A stretch of DNA of 64,000 nt from Octopus sinensis (lineage: Eukaryota): assembly GCF_006345805.1 (NCBI RefSeq), contig NC_043006.1, forward strand, positions 32,736,001 to 32,800,000, in the 5' to 3' direction. The notes beneath the pieces were generated by a model, which was given only the letters and a program-made list of their open reading frames with translations, had not been told where the DNA came from and did not search any database. Shown piece by piece: positions 55,040 to 64,000 of this stretch; position 1 is the stretch's first letter; each line of letters begins with the position of its first letter. The translations under genes and the position numbers were made by a program.

Positions 55040-55568
55040 TTATTAAAGCTGCAAAATTATCAAAGAACTGTTACTCAGTGTCTTTGCCGTTGTCGTTCGT
55101 CGGACGATTGGGATGAAAACTTAACTAAGGTTGTTCAGGTACATGTAATGTAATGTAATTCGAATACGTGAATGAGCGTTTAAAATTAATTGGATGATTG
55201 TTTTCAAAACGTAACCGTCAATAGTTGGGCGAAAATTACCAGTGGTATATACGTAAATATAATTAGACCAAAAAACAAAAACTTACATAAAATGCGAGTG
55301 GGTTGGTGTGAATGGTCCAGAAAAATAGTTAATTAATTGATAATATTTAGTTAAATTTGAAGTTGGATCGCAAGATGGGTGTTAAAAAGAATGTGATAAA
55401 AATGTGATATTAATAGTGAATATTCAGTTTACGAGTACTTTACGGAAAATATATAAACAAAATGCGTAGAGATACATATATTGTATATTCGAGAACTACT
55501 TTTTCAACCTTGTTTTGCACTTATGTGCCAACTCGTGTGCTTGTGCGTGTGCATATATATATATATGT

Positions 55569-55600
<32 letters not shown>

Positions 55601-55693
55601 ATATGTATGTATGTATTCCCTCTCACCTCTGCCACTATCTGGCATATACAGTTGCTTACACTTATCAAGTATTCACCCTAAATTTACATTACC

Positions 55694-55727
<34 letters not shown>

Positions 55728-56008
55728 TGTATGTATGTATGTATGTATGTATGTATGTATGTATGCATGTATGTATGTATATATGTATGTATGTATACAT
55801 GAACAGATATACATACATTTATATGTGTGTATATTTATATATATATTCAAATAAATGCATTTGAGTTGGAATCTGTTTTCTCAGACTATAAGTACTTGTT
55901 CCGCTGCCAACCCGGTCTTCGCTTCTCGTCATACCGAGAAAAAGCAAATTGACAAACATATCGGCTGCTCTCTGACAGATTTATAATACCACTTATCTAT
56001 TCAATTCA

Positions 56009-56061
<53 letters not shown>

Positions 56062-56384
56062 TTCTCTCCTCAAATTTGTAGTATCGTGTCTTCCTTAAAG
56101 ATCAATATCTATTTTTGAGAAATACAAATATTATCCAAAAAACACTGACATCTATTAAAATAGTTCAGAGAATGTACTTGAGGATAATGAACTACTTTGG
56201 CCTTTCATTTGATATACAACTACTTGGGAAAACGTCATCAACAGACTATGTATACAGTTACGAGTCAGAACCTACCGACCCCAGATCCCCAGGAGTGTTT
56301 AAGATTGAAAGACTTAGCGTAAGGGAAACGATTCTAATAGCATCAGTCGACATTTTCGGACAACGTAGACGGTGTAGAATTGCA

Positions 56385-56600
56385 TTGGCAAGTTGGCAGA
56401 ATCGTAGCGCGCCGGACAAAATGCGTAGCAGTATTTCTTCCGGCTCTTTACGTTCTGAATTGAGATCCTGCCGAGGCCAAATTTGCCTTTCGTCCTCTTG
56501 CAGGTCGATAAAATAAGTATCAGTCACGTACTCGTGTCAATGCTATCGGCTAACATTTCCCACTACAGCGGTTGGCCTTCTGCCCAGATTAGAAAGAATT
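56385..56600 (+). mobile_element. SINE family A, diverged
   Basis: ggcaagttggcagaatcgtagc head; gccgaggccaaatttgcctttcgtcc core. Confidence 0.8.
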
Positions 56601-57709
56601 ACAGACATTTATAATATATTCTTGTATACGACTTCAAAACACTGATGTCTGTATCCTGTGGTTGAAAAGAAAATGTTCATCTTGCAATGTGCCTCGTTTA
56701 TGAAACGAGCAAGTTATATATTGCAGATATAAACAACTCTAAGGGTCACTGGAGATGGACATAAAAAAAAATGACACTAGCAGATATGTAAAATTATGTT
56801 TGGTTCACTCTGTCTCAGTCACGTATTTTTAGGTCTGTAATTATTGGAAACCTGTCAAATAGTTTGCTGAACCAGCAGTACATCGACAATGACATATGAA
56901 CCGGTTCGAGACAACTCCATGTCAGTCTAAGATGGCTTCATAGAATATTTTCCATGTCATTTCCTTAATGAATTTATAGTACTGGTTCACGGAAAGCACC
57001 ACAGGTTTTAATAATTTAAACTTGGAAATTTGGCGACTTGTCAAATATACTGGATCCTCGTGAGATTGTTATGTTTCAATGTACAATTAGTAGAGGATAA
57101 TGAGAGTATATTGATGAAATATAAAGTTCTAAACTTTAGTATTATGGCTTTACGGTGTAATTTATATAAGTTTAAGTTTCCTTTCAGCACCGGTGTCACA
57201 TTCATGGAGCAAACTTATGATCATAAAAGACGTCGCTAAACAAACTTCCAGGTTTTTTTTTATTAGCAATTATATTGTTCAATGTAACATTCTTTAAGAC
57301 GACAGGATGGCTTTGTGGCGAATTGGTTGCTATGTTAGCAGCTTGAACCGACGCATAGACAGTCCTCGTTTAACATTTGGCTCGTTAAATATTTAATCGT
57401 AATTATTTAGAAATCACAGACGTTGATTCTATTCCGTTGGGAACGGAGTGTGAGAGTCATTATGTTTGATCAATTCAACTATCTTTATGTTGTAACCGTC
57501 CTGTCTTTGTTTCAATGTCTCAACGTCTATCTTATCCTTCGATCAAAGCTATGTGCGGACAATGCTGACCGCCATTCAAGCAACAACGACTACAAATACA
57601 GAATGTACAGATATAATCTCTCTCTTTCTCTCACACACACACACGCATACACATAGGCACTCATTTTGTCTGCTTTTCTCTCTCTCATACATACACTCTC
57701 ACACTAACT

Positions 57710-57752
<43 letters not shown>

Positions 57753-57999
57753 CTGTTCATTTTCACAATTACAGCCACCGAATCTAGTCAACGCACAAGA
57801 CAGCCACTATGCGCCCCCCCCCACACCACCACGTGGACTCTGTTGAGACTAGTAAGAAACAATTATGAACTTTTTTATTACACTTAACTTTTAAGAATAA
57901 TTTTGATAAGGTTCGTTTTTTCAAGAAGAACCGAAACACGTAAAATCTCTATGAAAATTAAAATTTTTCTTATATAGTGGAGTTTTCAAACTTCTTTTA

Positions 58000-58058
<59 letters not shown>

Positions 58059-58330
58059 ACAATTGCAGCGTTGAAGGTGTTTGTAAGCCATTTAAGAAAC
58101 ACACAAAAGCCGTTCGATTCACTTCAACTTTAAGTTCAATTTGTCAAAATATTTTCGTCGCTATAAGACCGCGACCTGTTCACTGACAGCACGGATTTTT
58201 GTTAGTGAACAGATCGCGGTCTTATAGCGACGAAAATATTTTGACAAATTAAACTTAAATGTTGAAGTGAATCGAACGGCTTTTGTGTGTTTCTTAAATG
58301 GCTTACAAACACCTTCCACGCTGCAATTGT
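58059..58330. mobile_element. 272-bp palindromic MITE-like element
   Basis: acaattgcagcg...ctgttcactgaca / tgttagtgaacag...cgctgcaattgt; arms about 130 bp, 11-nt loop. Confidence 0.9.
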
Positions 58331-58389
58331 TTTCGTTCCAGCACACGATCTCAGATCCAATCACTTGCTATGCAAGTACATCTCCGTAA

Positions 58390-59438
58390 TATATATATAT
58401 ATATATATACACAACGGGTTTCTTTCATTTACCGTCTGCCAAATCCACTCACAAGGCTTTGGTAGGCCTGAGGCTATAGAAGAAGACACTTGCCCAAGGT
58501 GCCACGCAGTAGGACTGAACCCGGAACCATATGGTTGGGAAGCAAACCTCTTGCCACACAGCCACACCTGTGAATAAACGCTCCAGATATCGGCAATGAC
58601 CTATATCAGACTAATTCCGTTGCTCTAATTAATATTTACCTCAATAAATTTAAATTGTCAATATGTTATTTTATATTTATTTACTGACTTTTTTAAGGAA
58701 GGATATAATTATAAAATTATTATTAGTTTCATTCAATTAGATTTTATTGTCTTTGTTTATGCATTTTTACTTTCATTAATTCTGATCAGTCTCATTAATT
58801 CGCTAATTTCCCGACTAATAGATTACTTCTACGTAAAAGCTTATTGGGAAGATCTCCATAATGTTATCTGGTTTTGATGTATAATTCCGTTTCCGAAAAT
58901 GTTATCGCCGTTGCTATCGTTGTTGTTGTTGTTGCTGCTGCTGCTGCTGTTGTTGTTGTTGTTGCAGTTGATGCAGTTGGTGAGCGAGGTAATCACAAAT
59001 TATGTATGGAATTTTGATAATTGTTCCAGCTTAGAGATTCATATTTATGCTAATATTGAAATTATTATTATCATCATCATCATCATCTTTCTTTTCTCTT
59101 TCTCCCATCCTCCTCCTCCTCGTCCTTGTTTTTCATCAACTTCATCTCCTACTGGTGTTGTAGCTTCTCTCTTCTTCGTTCGACCATATGCACTTGTAGT
59201 CAATATCACCACCATCATCATCATCATCATCATCAATGTCGCTGTTGTTCTTATTATGTATTAATGTCATTATTCGCAATCGCCCAGCACAGAGAACTTT
59301 TTGCTAAACTTGAAATCAATGAGAATGTATTGACAAAAATAAAGAAAATAATGCTTTTGCAGCAAAACCTTGTAACAAGGGAACTAAGTATTCTTCCTAC
59401 TCAACCTATTAACGAGAAAGAAAATCCTGCATACATAT

Positions 59439-59487
<49 letters not shown>

Positions 59488-59549
59488 CGTATACATATAT
59501 ATATATTTATTATATATGTATTACGTATATGTTATATATGTATTATGGA

Positions 59550-59580
<31 letters not shown>

Positions 59581-60647
59581 TGTATATATATATATATATA
59601 TTATATATATATATATATACACAACGGGTTTCTTTCATTTACCGTCTGCCAAATCCACTCACAAGGCTTTGGTAGGCCTGGGGCTATAGAAGAAGACACT
59701 TGCCCAAGGTGCCACGCAGTAGGACTGAACCCGGAACCATATGGTTGGGAAGCAAACCTCTTGCCACACAGCCACACCTGTGAATAAACGCTCCAGATAT
59801 CGGCAATGACCTATATCAGACTAATTCCGTTGCTCTAATTAATATTTACCTCAATAAATTTAAATTGTCAATATGTATTTTATATTTATTTACTGACTTT
59901 TTTAAGGAAGGATATAATTATAAAATTATTATTAGTTTCATTCAATTAGATTTTATTGTCTTTGTTTATGCATTTTTACTTTCAATTAATTCTGATCAGT
60001 CTCATTAATTCGCTAATTTCCCGACTAATAGATTACTTCTACGTAAAAGCTTATTGGGAAGATCTCCATAATGTTATCTGGTTTTGATGTATAATTCCGT
60101 TTCCGAAAATGTTATCGCCGTTGCTATCGTTGTTGTTGTTGTTGCTGCTGCTGCTGCTGTTGTTGTTGTTGCAGTTGATGCAGTTGGTGAGCGAGGTAAT
60201 CACAAATTATGTATGGAATTTTGATAATTGTTCCAGCTTAGAGATTCATATTTATGCTAATATTGAAATTATTATTATCATCATCATCATCATCTTTTCT
60301 TTTCTCTTTCTCCCATCCTCCTCCTCCTCGTCCTTGTTTTTCATCAACTTCATCTCCTACTGGTGTTGTAGCTTCTCTCTTCTTCGTTCGACCATATGCA
60401 CTTGTAGTCAATATCACCACCATCATCATCATCATCATCATCAATGTCGCTGTTGTTCTTATTATGTATTAATGTCATTATTCGCAATCGCCCAGCACAG
60501 AGAACTTTTTGCTAAACTTGAAATCAATGAGAATGTATTTGACAAAAATAAAGAAAATAATGCTTTTGCAGCAAAACCTTGTAACAAGGGAACTAAGTAT
60601 TCTTCCTACTCAACCTATTAACGAGAAAGAAAATCCTGCATACATAT

Positions 60648-60680
<33 letters not shown>

Positions 60681-60777
60681 TATATATATATTATATATAT
60701 TATATATATATATATATTTATTATATATGTATTACGTATATGTTATATATGTATTATGGATATATGTATATATATAT

Positions 60778-60840
<63 letters not shown>
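58390..60840. repeat. 1.21-kb tandem duplication bounded by (TA)n, each copy with a SINE B 5' part (58411-58572, 59621-59782, minus)
   Basis: acaacgggtttctttc at 58411 and 59621; copies differ mainly by 1-bp indels and repeat counts. Confidence 0.95.
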
Positions 60841-60853
<13 letters not shown>

Positions 60854-60871
60854 GTAGTATATTTATATAGA

Positions 60872-61080
60872 AGGCGCATGGCTCACTGGTTAGACCGTCG
60901 AGCTTATGATCGTGAGGTTGTGAGTTCGAATCCCGGACCGAGCTGCGTGTTGTGTTCTTGTGTTCACTCAGCTGTAGAAATGAGTTGCAACATCACTGGT
61001 GCCAGGCTGTATCGGACTTTGCCTTTCCTTTGGATAACACTGGTGGCGTCGAGAGGGGAGAACGGTATGCATGGGCGACT
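60872..61080 (+). mobile_element. tRNA-derived SINE family D, 3'-truncated
   Basis: A box tggctcactggttag, B box gagttcgaatccc; gttcactcagctgtagaaatgagt body. Confidence 0.8.
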
Positions 61081-62421
61081 TCCTTGTACCCCATCCAGTC
61101 CTGGGTATTTATAGTGTAGGATCTTTGTTGTCTGTTCGGTTACCATTTATATCGTTATTCTAATATTGCTCTCTTTCACTTAATATTTTTCCCATCTTAC
61201 TCTCTTCAACCATTTAGTATCTTTCTTATACTTTCTTCCATTATCCCAGATGTTACTACAAAACCTTTTACTTTCTTCAGCGTCTGGTCTCTCACTACTG
61301 TCAACCTTTCCATCCAGCTGTTGATAAACCTTTTTCTAGTCTTGTTGGAAGAATCTGTTGATTTTATTTTGTTCAATTCTTTGGTCATATTTCTTGATCT
61401 TTGTCTCTTCAGCTCTTCAACACCTGCAATTAGCACCGTTTTCTTTATCCTATACCTACGTTCCTGTTCCTTATATTTCTCCTCTCTCTTGCTTTTACTT
61501 TTTTCTTTCCTTCCAAGATTTTGATAGGTTTTCGTGGTTCGTTCATTGATTGTTTTATTCTTCTTTTCCAGCAAGGTTTTTTTTCTTCATTCCCACATTT
61601 ACCGTTTGATTCAAGGCCTACTTTATTTTCTATTTAGGTGAAGCAAGCTTTAATCAATCTATTCGTTCCATTTATATTATCTGTCTTGATCTCTTTCAGT
61701 ATTATATTTACCTGAAGTGCCCACCCACTAAGCAAATTTCTACCTACGTTCCTTAATCCATTTATTTCCAAATCCAGATTTTCCTCAATGGTACCAGTAA
61801 TGTCTTCGATCATTCATTTGTCTTCGTTATTCAGTCCTTCTCTACACTCAGGGCTTGAGACATTATACTTCTCCCGGTTACTCTTATTAAGTACAGTCTC
61901 GTCAGCGTTCTCTATATCAACTTCTGCATCGCTCCCCGTGTTTTTGCTGATCACCCTCCTCGTAATCTCATCGATCTATAGTGCTGTTAGCCATCCTTTC
62001 TTCCTTATTGCTTTTACCTGGTCACAGAGTCTCTGTTCTGTAATATATAAGCCCTGCTTCTCCATCCGTATGTTATGCATCCTCTTTCTATATCCTCGTA
62101 TGGGCCTCCCTTCATTATCAGTGGGTCTGCTCAAAAAATAACATTCCATGATAGCTATCTTCATTAACTTCGTCCATTTAGTTCTAACAGCCATATACTA
62201 ACGATCGGGGATGTGCTATTCACCTACAGGGTATCTACAAGGTGAAAGTCCGTCACCTGTGGTTCCATCCGCATTTACGCCATTGTTTGTGTTAATTCAT
62301 TACTCTCATGCAGAAGAAAGTGTTGATAAAGGGTCTCAACCACCAGTATTTTTTATCGAGTCACCCTCTCTGTAGGGGTTTGTCTAAAAAGACTCAAAGA
62401 GGCCCTTCCCCCCTTGCAAGT
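61080..62421 (-). mobile_element. R4/Dong-clade non-LTR retrotransposon, 5' part, decayed
   Basis: KWTKLMKIAIMECYFLSRP...RGYRKRMHNI...TEQRLCDQVKAIRKKGWLT is the R4/Dong N-terminal motif. It ends at YKYPGLDGVQG (start of RT). The 5' end abuts (TAA)n. Confidence 0.8.
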
Positions 62422-62426
62422 TTATT

Positions 62427-63363
62427 ATTATTACCTCCGCCTTAGCGAAGGCGGAGTTATTGCTTTCAGTCGTGTTTGTTTGTTTGTCCATGGACAATCT
62501 ATCTCAAGAACCGCTGGATGAATTTAAACGAAACTTTCAGAGATGTTTGTTCTTGTACCTGACACGAACTGATAAGATTTTGGGATCGATCCAGTACCGG
62601 ATAAGGATTCTGGATTATTTATTATATTTACTTTACTTTACATGATTACGATCTTACGTTCACTTTCATGTCTTTCTCAGTTATCTCCCTTTAGGCTGTT
62701 TCCAAAGTTTTATTTTCGTTACTCTATTATTAATTTTAATCGCCTCTCTATCGTAGGAAAAACTGATGGATAAAGAAATCAAACTTACATAAACAAACGG
62801 CAGCAAAACCGTTCAGAAATTTAATAATACTAACATATTTTTATAATATATATATATTATATATTATAGATACATATTAACACTTTACTGTATACTTACA
62901 TATATTGAAACATCTATACATCGAACTAAAACAACAGGAATACTAAAAGGAGGCCGGAATTTAAGAGAAGAGAAAGCCAAAACGTTTCATGCTATTCATT
63001 TAAAAGTTCTTGAGAACTTATTATTATTACCTCCGCCATTGAAACTGCTTTGAATGGTGAGTTGGTTAACTTTGGCTTGTATTAGATAAGGATAAACTAC
63101 TTATTACTGTTACTAAATTTTCTACAGCTACCTTCAGATTCCATGACTACGATTGGGATCGATCGGGTACCGGACAAAAATTCTGGATTATTTTTTTCCG
63201 CTATTTTAACTCAATTTTTAAGTGCGATCAGGTTCATTTTTAGTATTCTCCTTTGTGAGAGCAGTTGAGTTTACTTCAGATATTCACTTTTTAAAAATCA
63301 TCTCTGGCTAATTACTGAGAAGACTTTCGTATTGACTTGGCAGGTGTTTGCGCTCTCTGAGTG
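62427..63363 (+). mobile_element. Non-autonomous Helentron/DINE-1-like (HINE) pieces, two partial copies
   Basis: ttattacctccgcc...ggcggag 5' hairpin, (GTTT)n, ggatcgatc core at 62583 and 63156, second start at about 63025, 3' end gtttgcgctctctgagtg. Confidence 0.65.
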
Positions 63364-63391
63364 TTGTTGTTGTTCTTCTTTTAGTTGTTGC

Positions 63392-63422
<31 letters not shown>

Positions 63423-63423
63423 G

Positions 63424-63970
63424 AGTGAGAGAGCAGTGCATGCCATCAAAGTGACACTGGGGTAAAATATACGAAGTCCAATATACCCATCATGACTACC
63501 CGTCTGATAAGGGTACACCAGGCACATGCATCACAACCATATGTGCGCGACATGGTGATCTCATATCAAGATAAACAGCACATGACCTTGCAGGTGGGGC
63601 CCAGTTAGAATTTTCTTCATGTTGAGTAGCCCATCCCGCTCAAAAGGTCCCTGAATAAGGGTTGTTTAAGGATGTTGAAAGAACCACCCATGTTTCCAGA
63701 TGTGAATTATTCAAACCCCAAAGAATCCCTCTCAACACATGGCTATGATGCTCCCCCACTACTTCTGCTCGTGATCAGAGATGCACATATCGTCAGCCAC
63801 TAAGGGACATGCTCAACTGGTTAAGGTCAAGCAACTGACAAGCAAATCTGTGGTATTGAGCAGAATATTTGCTGTAGCCCATCTTTTATACCAAGACAAA
63901 ACAATGCACACGATAACACTTCCAATCAGTTAAGATCAGAAGCCATGAGAGCCACTGCCTGGTACTGCAT
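63424..63970 (-). mobile_element. About 550-bp non-coding interspersed element inserted in (TAA)n, possibly an R4/Dong-related 3' end
   Basis: Balanced-GC block flanked on both sides by (TTA)n; the family link is inferred from the shared TAA target. Confidence 0.45.
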
Positions 63971-64000
63971 ATTATTATTATTATTATTATTATTATATTA

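Noticed and set aside
59126-60621. ORFs 59126..59689 and 60109..60621
   Set aside because: Built from triplet repeats, and the two duplicate copies are in different frames.
62350-62420. HDV-like ribozyme at the R4/Dong 5' end
   Set aside because: Partial P1 and P2 pairings (ttgagtc/gactcga) are visible on the minus strand, but P1.1 and the catalytic J4/2 motif are missing.

Overview
AT-rich, microsatellite-dense eukaryotic DNA whose repeat families fit an octopus (coleoid cephalopod) genome; it is probably intronic or intergenic. I cannot support any intact host protein-coding gene: nearly all listed ORFs are translated microsatellites or decayed transposon fragments. The window holds many tRNA-derived SINEs from at least 4 families. 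It also holds decayed CR1, Penelope-like (PLE), R4/Dong, Tc1, maT/DD37D, mariner and Helitron/Helentron pieces, several fold-back elements, and three tandem duplications bounded by (TA)n. The best candidate for a little-described system is a set of short, (TA)n-embedded, Penelope-type elements with minimal type I hammerhead ribozyme (HHR) motifs. At least three subtypes show covarying helices, and some have non-canonical catalytic cores. They occur as convergent pairs (about 11.2-11.6 kb and 30.3-30.8 kb) and near both outer ends of a 1.87-kb, almost spacer-less palindrome (4863-6735). A second notable pattern is a SINE that appears to have inserted as dimers and trimers within a single target-site duplication. 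Some duplications or palindromes could be long-read assembly artefacts. All family assignments were made by eye, without database searches.
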